Below are positions 35,507 to 45,673 of a stretch of DNA of 64,000 nt, piece by piece. Origin of the DNA: an uncultured Clostridia bacterium (GTDB lineage: Bacteria; Bacillota; Clostridia; Christensenellales; UBA1242); contig CALVIT010000001.1 in NCBI GenBank assembly GCA_944331845.1, positions 48 through 64,047 on the forward strand, read 5' to 3'. A program made the position numbers and the translations under genes. The notes below the pieces were generated by a model. The model was not told the DNA's origin, searched no databases, and saw nothing but the letters and a program-made list of their open reading frames with translations. How positions within the stretch are numbered: position 1 is the first letter of the stretch; each line of letters opens with the position of its first letter.

Positions 35507-37886
35507 GTATAATTTTAAAGATAGTGAACCTAAGTGGCAAGAATTTTGGCAAAAAGAGCGTGTATATGCCTTCGACCCACAATCAACTAAACCTATATTC
35601 TCTATAGACAATCCACCTCCAACAGTTAGTGGACACATTCATATAGGACACATTTTCTCATATTCTCAAGCGGAATTTATCGCTAGATACAAGAGAATGA
35701 CAGGGTATAATGTATTCTATCCTTTTGGTTTTGATGACAATGGATTGCCAACTGAGCGTTTGGTTGAGAAAATGCGTGACATAAGAGCACACAATTTGCC
35801 TAGAGAAGAGTTTAGAGAAATATGTTTGGATGTCGCAAAACAATTTGAAGATGATTATAGAAGAATTTTCATAATGGCGGGAAATAGTGCTGATTTTGAC
35901 CTTAAGTATAATACTGTGAGTGATAAAGTGCAGATAGTATCTCAAAAGTCATTTCTAGATTTGTACAAAAAAGGACACGTATATTATGGCGACAAACCAG
36001 CGATTTGGTGCCCTGAGTGTAGAACTTCTATTGCACAAGCAGAACTAGAGAATAAAGAAATACCTTCAACATTCAACTATATGAATTTTGAGTGTGAAGA
36101 ATTGGGTAAGGCTTTAGAGATAGCGACAACAAGACCTGAAATGTTATGTGCTTGTGTTTGTGTATTTGTGCACCCTGAAGATGAACGCTTCAAAGAATTC
36201 GTAGGTAAAGAAGTGAGTGTCCCACTATACGGATATAAGGTGCCTGTATTGATGGATGAAATGGTTGACAAAGAGAAGGGTACAGGTGCTGTTATGTGTT
36301 GTACATTTGGTGATGAGACTGACCTTATGTGGCAACAAAAGCACAATTTACCTATTAAATTAGCAATTGATGACGGCGGAAGAATGACAGCATTAGCAGG
36401 CAAGTATGAGGGGATGAAAATTAAAGTTGCTCGTGCTGAAATAATTAAAGACCTACAAGAGAGCGGAAAACTCAATAAGAGCGAACAAATAGTTCACGCT
36501 GTATCAACACACGAGAGATGCGGAACACCTATGGAACTATTGATAAAGAAACAATGGTTTGTAGATTTATTATCACATAAAGATGATTTCTTAAAGATGG
36601 GCGAGAAAGTTAAATGGTACCCAGATTATATGAAGAATAGATACATTGATTGGGTATCAAATGTAGATAGAGATTGGTGTATATCTAGACAAAGATACTT
36701 CGGTGTACCAATACCTGTATGGTACTGCAAACACTGCGGTGAAGTCATTGTCGCTGATGAGAGTCAATTACCTATTAATCCACTTGTGGACAAACCGCCT
36801 GTATGTACTTGTCCAAAGTGTGGTTGTAGTGAATTTGAACCTGAGAGCGATGTATTTGATACTTGGTTTACTTCTTCTGTAACTCCACAAATTAACTGCG
36901 GTTGGGGAACTGAGAATTATGATAAGATGATGCCTATGAGTCTAAGAACAAATGCTCACGAGATTATTAGAACTTGGGACTTCTACACAATTGTTAAGTC
37001 ATTCTATCATTCTAATTGTTTGCCTTGGGAAAATGTTATGGTATCAGGTTTCGTTATGGCGGACAAAGATAATAAAATCTCTAAGAGCAAAAATAACTCA
37101 AAATTCAGCCCCGAGAGTCTATTCAATGAGAAGTCAGCGGACATAACAAGATATTGGGCAGCAACAGGTAGTCTAGGTAAGGACATTATATTCAGTGAAG
37201 GCGAATTTAAGAATGGTGCTAGACTTGTAAATAAAATTTGGAATGCTAGCAAATTCGTTTTATCATTCTTGGATGATTATGAAGTAGTCGAACCTAAGTT
37301 ATTGCCTATCGACAAATGGGTAATTGCTAAGTTTAACCAAATGCAGAAGTACTTTAGAAATTATATGGATAAGTACGAGATTGGTCTTGCTATGGCAGAA
37401 CTAGAGAAATATTTCTGGAACTTCTGCGACAACTACATTGAGATAGCAAAGAGAAGACTATACAATCCACAAATATTTGGACAGGATGCTACAGATAGTG
37501 CTAAATATGCTTGCTTTATGGTGCTTAAAGAAATGCTCAAGATGTTCGCTATATATATGCCTCATATTTGCGAAGAGATATACAAAGAATATTTTGAGAA
37601 ATACGAAGGCAAGAAATCAATTCATATAACTCAACTTCAAGAGATTAAAGTAGATGCGGAAGATGATATCTTAAGTCAAGGCGATGCAGTTGTTGAGATA
37701 GTATCTAGCATTAGAAAATATAAATCTGAGAACAACCTTTCACTAAAATTTGAGATAGAGAACTTAACTATAGCAGGGTACCCAGAATTTGTTAAAACCT
37801 ATGATGGCGACATTAAGGCAGTAGGTTGTGTTAAGAACATAACTTATGTTGACGCACAAAATAAAGAAGTTACAGTTAATAATTAA
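35496..37886 (+). CDS. valS: Valine--tRNA ligase (class I, DDNGLPTE-type)
   Basis: PPPTVSGHIHIGH (HIGH motif), FGFDDNGLPTE, WCISRQRYFGVPIPVWYC, DVFDTWFTSS, KISKSKNN (KMSKS). Assignment to Val rather than Ile or Leu rests on motif flavour only. Confidence 0.7.
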   Translation: MLDKYNFKDSEPKWQEFWQKERVYAFDPQSTKPIFSIDNPPPTVSGHIHIGHIFSYSQAEFIARYKRMTGYNVFYPFGFDDNGLPTERLVEKMRDIRAHNLPREEFREICLDVAKQFEDDYRRIFIMAGNSADFDLKYNTVSDKVQIVSQKSFLDLYKKGHVYYGDKPAIWCPECRTSIAQAELENKEIPSTFNYMNFECEELGKALEIATTRPEMLCACVCVFVHPEDERFKEFVGKEVSVPLYGYKVPVLMDEMVDKEKGTGAVMCCTFGDETDLMWQQKHNLPIKLAIDDGGRMTALAGKYEGMKIKVARAEIIKDLQESGKLNKSEQIVHAVSTHERCGTPMELLIKKQWFVDLLSHKDDFLKMGEKVKWYPDYMKNRYIDWVSNVDRDWCISRQRYFGVPIPVWYCKHCGEVIVADESQLPINPLVDKPPVCTCPKCGCSEFEPESDVFDTWFTSSVTPQINCGWGTENYDKMMPMSLRTNAHEIIRTWDFYTIVKSFYHSNCLPWENVMVSGFVMADKDNKISKSKNNSKFSPESLFNEKSADITRYWAATGSLGKDIIFSEGEFKNGARLVNKIWNASKFVLSFLDDYEVVEPKLLPIDKWVIAKFNQMQKYFRNYMDKYEIGLAMAELEKYFWNFCDNYIEIAKRRLYNPQIFGQDATDSAKYACFMVLKEMLKMFAIYMPHICEEIYKEYFEKYEGKKSIHITQLQEIKVDAEDDILSQGDAVVEIVSSIRKYKSENNLSLKFEIENLTIAGYPEFVKTYDGDIKAVGCVKNITYVDAQNKEVTVNN

Positions 37887-38026
37887 TTATTTTACAATGG
37901 AGTTCTTAAATAATATAATAAATTATTTGTTTTGTAGGTATGTGTGAAAATAATAATAAAATTTATACCTATAATTTAAAAAATGAAAAATATAAATTAA
38001 AATAATTGTCAAATATAACTTTATAA

Positions 38027-38052
38027 AAAATCCTGCATTAGCAAGATTTTTT
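38027..38052 (+). terminator. Rho-independent terminator
   Basis: AAAATCCTGC-atta-GCAAGATTTT (one mismatch) followed by a T-run. Confidence 0.6.
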
Positions 38053-38230
38053 AAGTTAATACAATAGTAATATTAATTATCAAAAAGTCTAATTTATTAA
38101 GTTATATGTAATATTTCTTGAAAAAAAATTATTTTATGTTATAATAATATGTAGATATAAAATTCTTATTTGTTTTTATATGTGTCATTAAATTTTATCT
38201 CGTATTTACTAGGTAGTTTAGAGGTGGTTG

Positions 38231-39880
38231 ATGTTATATAATTATTTTAAAAATTTAAATAGACTGTCACATTTTGTTTTAGTACTCATGATAATAATGT
38301 TTTCTTTTATATTTTTTGCTGGATGCCAAAGCACTGATAAAAAAGAATCATATTTAGATACGACGTATTTTTCAAATATTGAATGTGAATATGATGCTAC
38401 TAAAGATGAAACTGAAATTATTTGGAATGCAAAATTTACAAATAATACTATTTATAATTTTGAAAGTTTTGAAATAACTTTTAAATTGTATAATGATGGA
38501 GAGTTAATTGACACTAAATCTTGCAATTATGATTTTGAATTAAATCACGGGAAGGAATACATAGGAAAATTTCGTTTTTTTTATAATGGAGAAATTGATT
38601 CTGTTAAGTATGTTTCGTGGATAGCAAATTATAGTTCATTTTGGGATACATACAAAATTTGGATTATTGTAACGCTTATAATATCTTTAATTGCTTCAAT
38701 AATTTATATTATTATTATGATTGTTCAAGATTTAGAATTGTATGAGACATATGATTATGTATGTGATAATTTGTGGACTTTACTGATTTTATTGTTACCA
38801 TTTTGTGGTTCAATTTATGGGGTTATAGAATCTTCTTGGGTATCAAGTCTCGTAGTCTTAGCGGGTTTATGTATTACAATACTTATTGCATTGTTTGCTC
38901 ATTTTATTAAGTATTTAATTCAAGAAGTGGATTGGGGCGTAGGTAGAGGTTATAATTACTATCAATATACGAATAATAGTAAAAATAATAAAGATAAATC
39001 TTTTAATAATATAAGTGAGATTAAAGATTGTGTTAATGATTACGACAAATTACAACAATTTACAGTTGAAGAATTGAGAGATTATTGTAGAAATGAAGGA
39101 ATCAAAGGTTTTTCTAATCTTAACAAAAATCAATTAATAGATTTAATTATGTTATCAAATATAGACAATGTAAATAAATCAAAAAAAACAGATAAAGGCA
39201 ATGCTCATCATAAAGTAATAACATTCAATGATATTATTGGACTTGATGAAGCAAAGAATGCTTTTAGAGAAAAAGTAGTATTAGCATTTAAACACAAGGA
39301 TTTGTATGATAAGTACAATAAAAAGGCTGGGGGTGGTATTTTATTATATGGGTTACCTGGTACAGGTAAAACAATGTTTGCTGAGGCGGCTTCTAATGAG
39401 TCGGATTCTTTGTTTATTCCTATCAAATGTTCTGATATTAAATCAAAATGGTATGGGGAATCGGAGAGTAATGTTCAAAAGATTTTTGATAAGGCAAGAA
39501 AGGCAAAAAGGGCAATTATATTTTTTGACGAATTTGAAGCTATAGGGGCTAAAAGAACAGATAATGTAGATAATGGAAATAATGATTTGGTACCACAAAT
39601 ACTTGCTGAAATGCAGGGAATTAATTCAACAAATCAAGATAGTATAATTTTAGTTATCGCTGCAACAAACAAACCATGGGCTATTGATAGTGCATTTTTA
39701 AGACCTGGTAGATTTGATGAGAAAATATACATACCTTTACCTGATTTAATTGCTAGAGAACATATTTTTAAATTAAAATTAGATGGTATACCTCAAGAAA
39801 ATTTGGATTATAACTATTTAGCGGAAATAACAGAAGGGATCAACACTACAGACATTGTAGAATACAGTGATAAAAAATGA
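38231..39880 (+). CDS. Membrane-tethered AAA+ ATPase (classic Vps4/katanin/FtsH-like clade), truncated within the lid domain by a frameshift
   Basis: Lipoprotein-like signal FIFFAGC, an extracytoplasmic domain of about 100 aa, TM helices, a Rho_N/SAP-like segment FTVEELRDYCRNEGIKGFSNLNKNQLIDLI, Walker A GLPGTGKT, Walker B IIFFDEFE, and SKWYGESE. The ORF stops at 39878-39880 right after an A6 run. Confidence 0.8.
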   Translation: MLYNYFKNLNRLSHFVLVLMIIMFSFIFFAGCQSTDKKESYLDTTYFSNIECEYDATKDETEIIWNAKFTNNTIYNFESFEITFKLYNDGELIDTKSCNYDFELNHGKEYIGKFRFFYNGEIDSVKYVSWIANYSSFWDTYKIWIIVTLIISLIASIIYIIIMIVQDLELYETYDYVCDNLWTLLILLLPFCGSIYGVIESSWVSSLVVLAGLCITILIALFAHFIKYLIQEVDWGVGRGYNYYQYTNNSKNNKDKSFNNISEIKDCVNDYDKLQQFTVEELRDYCRNEGIKGFSNLNKNQLIDLIMLSNIDNVNKSKKTDKGNAHHKVITFNDIIGLDEAKNAFREKVVLAFKHKDLYDKYNKKAGGGILLYGLPGTGKTMFAEAASNESDSLFIPIKCSDIKSKWYGESESNVQKIFDKARKAKRAIIFFDEFEAIGAKRTDNVDNGNNDLVPQILAEMQGINSTNQDSIILVIAATNKPWAIDSAFLRPGRFDEKIYIPLPDLIAREHIFKLKLDGIPQENLDYNYLAEITEGINTTDIVEYSDKK

Positions 39881-40020
39881 TGGCAATTAAGCGTTCAATT
39901 AATAATTCTATTGAAAGTCCTATTACAATAAGTGATGTAGAAGAGGTTAAAAAAATAGTAAAATCAAGTGTTTCTTATGATGATATTAAAAAAATGGAAA
40001 ACTTTGTAAAAAATCAATAA
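39877..40020 (+). CDS. C-terminal lid fragment of the AAA+ ATPase, in a different frame
   Basis: MMAIKRSINNSIESPITISDVEEVKKIVKSSVSYDDIKKMENF matches the conserved AAA C-terminal pattern (A.R...It..Df..A...v.pSvs..d...ye.f). It overlaps the upstream stop as ATGA. Confidence 0.65.
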   Translation: MMAIKRSINNSIESPITISDVEEVKKIVKSSVSYDDIKKMENFVKNQ

Positions 40021-40304
40021 ATCTAAGACTTAATATATTAATAATTTTTGTATTTTTTATTATAAAAATTTTTCATACATAATTTATTTTAATTTGTTTA
40101 TAGGGAGATTATAATCAAAGTGCTTAAATATCGTACAATTTGTATGTAAAAAAAAAAGAGTATAACTGTAATTTTGTGCAGGTATACTACTTTTTTTATA
40201 TATTAAAATTAAAGTCTAAAATTATTTATAATTTAATATAACTTATATAAGTTTAATTAATTTTGCTCTTTTCATTATGTTATATAATTTCATAGATTTA
40301 AATT

Positions 40305-40820
40305 TTAATTATTTAAAGTGATATTTTTCTTTTTTGTTGTGCGTTTTTTTGTAGTGCTTTTGGGGGTAGAGATGTTAGATGACTTATTGCTTATAGAATT
40401 AGAAGAAGGAGTGTCATTAGATATTGTCAAAGTTATATTTTGTGGCGAGGTAGTGGCATTTTGTTTGTTACTTATATCCTTAGAATCAACTGATGACTCT
40501 TCGCTTTTTGTAGTTCGTGTATCACTTGTTATATTATCTTCTAATGTCGTATTGACGCTATCTTTTGCATTTTCGTTTCTCATTGAATCAGTTTTAGATT
40601 TTTTCGCTTTTTGGGGAAGCAAAGATAATTGCCCTTTTTTGATTAGCGTGTATGCTAGGAACCAAAGACCCGCTAGTCCTATTATTGTGTAAATGAATCG
40701 ACTAAAAAAATGTGATTGTGTTCCAAATATACCTGCGATTAAATCAAATTGAAATACACCTATACAAAACCAATTTATAGCACCGACAATTATAATTATC
40801 AAACTAATAAAATTAAACAT
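40305..40820 (-). CDS. DUF378 family membrane protein with an S/T/K-rich C-terminal tail
   Basis: The AGGTGA RBS favours the internal start MFNFISLIIIIVGAINWFCIGVFQFDLIAGIFG (DUF378 signature GAINW...FQFDL). The track's upstream extension has no support. Confidence 0.7.
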   Translation of the reverse strand: MFNFISLIIIIVGAINWFCIGVFQFDLIAGIFGTQSHFFSRFIYTIIGLAGLWFLAYTLIKKGQLSLLPQKAKKSKTDSMRNENAKDSVNTTLEDNITSDTRTTKSEESSVDSKDISNKQNATTSPQNITLTISNDTPSSNSISNKSSNISTPKSTTKKRTTKKKNITLNN

Positions 40821-40966
40821 ATTATCACCTACATTAAGTTTTGACATAAATATTTTTTTTAAACAAAATTGTAGGGAATTCGTAGGCTTTGTGTGCTTTT
40901 GTAATGGTAAATAACAAAATCGCATTGATTTACATATATTGATAAAGAAATTTAAGTGAGGTTTTG

Positions 40967-42070
40967 ATGAATTTTTGTAATTATAATAAATGTAATTGTT
41001 GTTGTAATCAATCAAATGTTGATAAGATAATTAAATGTCAAAAAGGTGTTAATGGGGCGACAGGTGCGACAGGGCCTGCAGGTCCTACCGGTCCAATGGG
41101 ACCAACGGGTCCAACAGGCCCTGCTACAATCACTGTGGGGACTATTACACTTCTACCTGCTGGGTCTACTCCAACAGTTACAAATAGCGGAACTAATCAA
41201 GTTGCGGTATTTGATTTTGGCATACCTGAGAGCGTTACGGGCCCAACGGGGGCAACGGGGGCGACAGGTCCAACAGGAGCTACAGGTGAGCAAGGTGAAC
41301 AAGGGGTACAAGGGATACAAGGCGAAGTGGGACCAACGGGCGCTACGGGACCATCAGGTAACAATGTATTTAACCCTTATGAAATATATGTAAGAAGCAA
41401 TACTGTTGGGGGAATAGGAACTCAAAGCAATCCATTACCTAGTATAGAAGACGCATTACAAGTTGTCGCTAATAATGGCACAATATATGTCTACGATGGC
41501 ACATATCCTATAGATACAACTAATACCATATCAAAGAATAATATCACATTGACTGCTAAACCAAATGCGACAATATTATTGACTTCTAATGTAGTTCCTT
41601 TCTTAATAACAGGCAGTGGAAATACGCTTGAAGGATTCACAATGACAAGTGACAATGTATATCCTAATGAGTTCATACAGATAGGTGGGAATAATAATGT
41701 CATACGGCACAACATAATTTATGGTCCTACGCAAAGTGGAAGTTCAGACACTTGGGTAGCGAATAGGGGTGTAGTGACTCAAGCGAGCACGCAAAATAAT
41801 TGGATAGATGACAATATCTTCTACTCTTTAAGACAAAGTGGATACTTGAATCCTAATTCTACAGGATATATAACTCATAATGTTGTATTTAATACAAGGG
41901 GTTGGGTAGTAGACAGTGCATTATTTCAATTCTCTGGGAATTCTTGGGGTGAACCAGAAAATGCTGTTGATATTGCTCTATTGAGTGGTACGACTTCGGG
42001 TGTGCCTTATGCTTCAGTCGCAGATTTACAACAAAATAATAGTAATGCAAATATAAGCGACCAAAGATAA
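40967..42070 (+). CDS. Collagen-like triple-helix repeat protein with a C-terminal right-handed beta-helix-like domain
   Basis: Cys-rich N-terminus (NKCNCCCNQ). Two G-x-y runs (GATGATGPAGPTGPMGPTGPTGP and GPTGATGATGPTGATGEQGEQGVQGIQGEVGPTGATGPSG) flank a spacer of about 35 aa. The C-terminal part carries parallel beta-helix-like repeats. Confidence 0.8.
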   Translation: MNFCNYNKCNCCCNQSNVDKIIKCQKGVNGATGATGPAGPTGPMGPTGPTGPATITVGTITLLPAGSTPTVTNSGTNQVAVFDFGIPESVTGPTGATGATGPTGATGEQGEQGVQGIQGEVGPTGATGPSGNNVFNPYEIYVRSNTVGGIGTQSNPLPSIEDALQVVANNGTIYVYDGTYPIDTTNTISKNNITLTAKPNATILLTSNVVPFLITGSGNTLEGFTMTSDNVYPNEFIQIGGNNNVIRHNIIYGPTQSGSSDTWVANRGVVTQASTQNNWIDDNIFYSLRQSGYLNPNSTGYITHNVVFNTRGWVVDSALFQFSGNSWGEPENAVDIALLSGTTSGVPYASVADLQQNNSNANISDQR

Positions 42071-42483
42071 TTAGTTTGAAATGAAGCAAGTATTATATGA
42101 TTTGTAGTTATAAATAAAAAACTAATAAGTAAAAAATGAAATAGTTATAGAAGCAAGAGATTTGCCTAATAAATAAAAAGGTGAACTCTTGTATTTTTTT
42201 GTAAGCATTAATAATCTATGCGATTAAAAATTAAATATTTTGATTATTAGATTATAAATAAAATGTTCAATTATAAGCCAAATATTGAATAAATTAGTTT
42301 TATTAACAAAATATAAGCATTTATTAGATATAGACAATTAACAATATATGAATAACTTATGTAATATTGTATATTTACGAACAAATATTATTTATGAAAT
42401 ATAAATGAATATGAATAGGGGTATTGAATAACCATAATAGAAGAGTAGATTGTGTCGGCAGTCATTTATAACTTGTAATCTAT

Positions 42484-42511
42484 AAAAAAGCCTTTTGCAT
42501 AGGCAAAAAGC
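42484..42511 (-). terminator. Rho-independent terminator (minus strand)
   Basis: On the minus strand: GCTTTTTGC-ctat-GCAAAAGGC followed by T6, about 200 nt after the stop of the 42716-44305 gene. Confidence 0.6.
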
Positions 42512-42715
42512 ATTATAAATTATAAAATACAATATAATTAACAAAAATAATTCATCTGCATTAATTGTTATAATAGTACAAAAATTGTTATTAATTATTA
42601 ATAACTTGATCATATAATTGACATAAAATACTAAATAATAATTACAAAGCAATACTAAATAATTTAATCAAATTTTATAAAGTTTTGTATACTCCTACAA
42701 TATTTACATCATCAA

Positions 42716-44305
42716 TTATTTGTCTTTGTATGTTTCAAGTTTTGCTAATTTTTTTTGTCTTCTTTCTTCTTCAATCTTCTTTAGTCTTTCATTATTACTT
42801 TGTATTTTTTTATTTCCCACAAAGAAGTCATAACATATAACTCCTAGACCTTGTAATAGATAGATATAATATTGGAAAATTCTATATATAAGCATTGCCC
42901 ACAGAGTCGTACCTGATGATAACGCAAAGTATGCAAACATTGTTGTATAAGTTACTTCCGCTACACCACCAGCACCTGGCCAAGGAATGTATGACAATAC
43001 CGCTTCAATAAGCACACACCATATGAAGACAGCGCTGTATATCTCGAATGAGAAACCGCCTTCATTAAACATACACACTACAAAAGTAGGTATAGCATAT
43101 CTTGTGCAGATGACAAGCAGTGTAGAACCTGCCATCATAAAGAAGTTTGGAATATTAGATACGAAATATCTAAATGTTTTTTGGTATTCGCCGACAAATC
43201 TCATAACCTTGCGATACAAAGATGTGTAGTCTTTGATTATACGCATTTTGAATAACAACTTCAAGATGCCGATTGTAACGATGGGACCTACTTTCTTACT
43301 AAATGAGAGTACGAAAACAAATAACATTATGCAGGTATTAATGACAATGCCCACAATAGCGGCGGAGTATACGCCTTTAGATAACCCGCCTGCAATTTTT
43401 TCGCTAAATATCAACACGCAAACAGATATAATAAATGTTACCATATGATTAAATATATATACAGCAAAAGGCATAGTTGAGGCGGTACTAGCGCGGATTC
43501 CTCGCTTTTTGAGATAATATATTTGCATAGGTTGCCCACCAGTTGATAAAGGTGTGATATTATCGTAGTATTTACCAATCGCTGCTACCTTGTAACTTAA
43601 GAAAGGGCGAGAATGACGGGTTGATTTCCATATCAAAATATAGTATCTCAGACCTTCAAATAACATAAGTAAAATAAAGGCAATAAATGCTAACAATAAA
43701 TACCACAAGTTAGCGACTTTAAACATTTGTGATATGGACACCATACCTTCTTCTTTAGAAGCGGATATCGCTACTGCTACAACAATGATGACAACATTTA
43801 TAATCAAAAATATTAGGCTGAGCGTTCTACTTTTTTTAGATTTTTGTTGTTTTGCTTTTTGTTCAGCGTCTTTGGCTATTTCTTCGGCTATCTTCTTCTG
43901 CTTGTTACGCTCTTCAATGCTTGAGTAAGTGCTAAATAATTCGTTATTAATTTTGGCTTTGTTGCTTAACTTAAATTTGAATTTATGATGAGTTGGTTTT
44001 AAATTTTTGACTATATGATTTTGTGTGTTGTAGAGTATAGGTTTGTTACAAATTTTGATTAGAGTATGCAGAGATTGATTTTGTGCAGGGTCATTATTAA
44101 GTGTTGCAGTGCTAGCATTATCTATATCTATTGTAGGTAAATCATTCGCATTTTGTTTTAAAGTATCTTTAGGTGTTATGTCTTGTGAATTTAATTTAGA
44201 TTGAGATTGGGTTAATTCTTCATTATCTTTAGCATTATTATTTAATTTTAAATTATTTTGTTTATCAACTTTATAGTTGTTCTTTCTCTTTAATTTTTTT
44301 GACAT
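42716..44305 (-). CDS. Flippase-like / LPG_synthase_TM (UPF0104, MprF-TM-like) membrane protein with a long basic N-terminal extension
   Basis: KVAAIGKYYDNITPLSTGGQPMQIYYLKKRG is the UPF0104 signature. About 8 TM helices. A low-complexity K/N/Q-rich N-terminus of about 165 aa. Promoter TTGACA-17-TATCAT and AGGTG RBS upstream. Confidence 0.7.
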   Translation of the reverse strand: MSKKLKRKNNYKVDKQNNLKLNNNAKDNEELTQSQSKLNSQDITPKDTLKQNANDLPTIDIDNASTATLNNDPAQNQSLHTLIKICNKPILYNTQNHIVKNLKPTHHKFKFKLSNKAKINNELFSTYSSIEERNKQKKIAEEIAKDAEQKAKQQKSKKSRTLSLIFLIINVVIIVVAVAISASKEEGMVSISQMFKVANLWYLLLAFIAFILLMLFEGLRYYILIWKSTRHSRPFLSYKVAAIGKYYDNITPLSTGGQPMQIYYLKKRGIRASTASTMPFAVYIFNHMVTFIISVCVLIFSEKIAGGLSKGVYSAAIVGIVINTCIMLFVFVLSFSKKVGPIVTIGILKLLFKMRIIKDYTSLYRKVMRFVGEYQKTFRYFVSNIPNFFMMAGSTLLVICTRYAIPTFVVCMFNEGGFSFEIYSAVFIWCVLIEAVLSYIPWPGAGGVAEVTYTTMFAYFALSSGTTLWAMLIYRIFQYYIYLLQGLGVICYDFFVGNKKIQSNNERLKKIEEERRQKKLAKLETYKDK

Positions 44306-44387
44306 ATTACACCTACACTATCTATAATGATATCAAACCTTATAATTTTTGTCAAGATAATATACTTATTTCTAGCATTTTAACTAA

Positions 44388-44420
44388 AAGAAACTAATTT
44401 AAATTCTAAATTAGTTTCTT
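44388..44420 (-). terminator. Rho-independent terminator (minus strand)
   Basis: Perfect stem AAGAAACTAATTTA / TAAATTAGTTTCTT. On the minus strand it is followed by TTTT. Confidence 0.7.
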
Positions 44421-44468
44421 ATTATTATTTAATTATATACATTATAATTCAAAATTAGTCTTATTATA

Positions 44469-45350
44469 TTAGTCTTTAATAATCTCATCATATAATTTTT
44501 GTACTTGGCTATCTTTAGTATTATCGAAGTCGTCGTACATTGCTCTTTTTTTGTCCCTTTCAATAAATTCATTTACTGAGAAATTCTCGTTTGTGTTCCA
44601 AACTTTTTGCGCATTTAATTTTTTGAACAACAAATAAGTTTTGAATAGAATATGTGGAGTGTTGATTTGGTTATCATAATCATATTCTTTAACATCGTTA
44701 TAAGTTTGAATCTCGTCAAAGAATTCTTTGGCGGTGTTATAATCTAGACATTCTTCTTGAACATTTGTAAGATAATCATTGAAGATGACAACATTTTGAT
44801 TTAAGTATGAATCCAAAAATTTGGCAACTTCAAGTCCACATCTATTCTCAGCATAAGCGGAGAAAGAATTTGGATGTGTGTAGCGACTTAGTCTTAAGTC
44901 TAACATATCATCGTAAGCGAAAGCAAATAATGTCTTGACCTTATCAATATTTCCGCTCTCAATAACCTTGTCAATAGCGTTGTGTAGCACTGGTCTTTTG
45001 AATAAGTAATCATTTACGAACCAACTTGTTTGCCCATCTTCTACCATTTGAGATAAGAAGAAATTAAGTTCTTCAGTAGTAGAATTAGTGATGAAATTTG
45101 CTAATTCAAGTTCTTTGTCTTCATATACTGAGATATTATAGATAATGTTATCCTTATAATACTCGTATTTAGTAAGCATAGGCATTTTTTTGATTAACTC
45201 GATAGTGCGATCAGTATCTTTGATTCTTAAGTGTATAATTTTGTCATTTGCTATCTTATCCCACATTGTAGAGCGAACTTTGTACTGAAGGGCATTTGCT
45301 TTGAGTATACTTTTTTTGTAATCTTCTAATAAATCATTAATATTTTTCAT
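44469..45350 (-). CDS. Hypothetical cytoplasmic protein
   Basis: GGTGG RBS 5 nt before ATG 45350 (MKNINDLLEDYKK); the track's GTG start lies inside the RBS. No motif recognised. Confidence 0.55.
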   Translation of the reverse strand: MKNINDLLEDYKKSILKANALQYKVRSTMWDKIANDKIIHLRIKDTDRTIELIKKMPMLTKYEYYKDNIIYNISVYEDKELELANFITNSTTEELNFFLSQMVEDGQTSWFVNDYLFKRPVLHNAIDKVIESGNIDKVKTLFAFAYDDMLDLRLSRYTHPNSFSAYAENRCGLEVAKFLDSYLNQNVVIFNDYLTNVQEECLDYNTAKEFFDEIQTYNDVKEYDYDNQINTPHILFKTYLLFKKLNAQKVWNTNENFSVNEFIERDKKRAMYDDFDNTKDSQVQKLYDEIIKD

Positions 45351-45471
45351 TTTAACCACCTTTGATTAATATTATAGCATAACTTAAATGATAAGTCAAT
45401 AGGCAAGATGTAGGGCAAAATAGATAATTAATATAAATTTTGTGAAAAATACAAAAATTATAAAAAAAGAC

Positions 45472-45500
45472 TTGACAAACAATCTTTATATATGTATAAT
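45472..45500 (+). promoter_or_regulatory. Consensus sigma-A promoter of rplJL
   Basis: TTGACA (45472-45477), exactly 17 nt, TATAAT (45495-45500), preceded by TG. Confidence 0.8.
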
Positions 45501-45506
45501 ACTTGT

Positions 45507-45667
45507 ACAAAAAATTATCGCCAAAGACAGCAAGTGGTTTATCCGCAAATTGCTTATGCAAACTTGCCGAGGAGATGTATAAGGTAATATGTCGTATGCA
45601 GGGTACGAAAACTATCTCTATGCTATCTCAATGTGGCATAGAGTTTTTTGTAACTATAGAAAGGAGG
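45507..45667 (+). promoter_or_regulatory. Ribosomal protein L10 leader with an intrinsic terminator/attenuator
   Basis: 5' UTR of about 165 nt between the promoter and the rplJ RBS. The hairpin CTCTATGC...GCATAGAG (45616-45643) is followed by T6 (45644-45649). Its position and layout match the Firmicutes L10-leader class. Confidence 0.65.
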
Positions 45668-45673
45668 ATGGAA

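Noticed and set aside
41046-41393. 115-aa ORF in an alternative + frame inside the collagen-like gene
   Set aside because: It is an artefact of the GC-rich triplet repeats, which keep several frames open. It has no RBS and a low-complexity R/Q/L-rich product.
42392-42652. 86-aa minus-strand ORF in the 645-bp gap after the collagen-like gene. Similar AT-rich intergenic ORFs: 13038-13241, 13249-13572, 25670-25876, 45352-45561.
   Set aside because: The products are extremely AT-biased and I/L/Y/N/F-rich. There is no RBS, and several overlap terminators, promoters or real genes.
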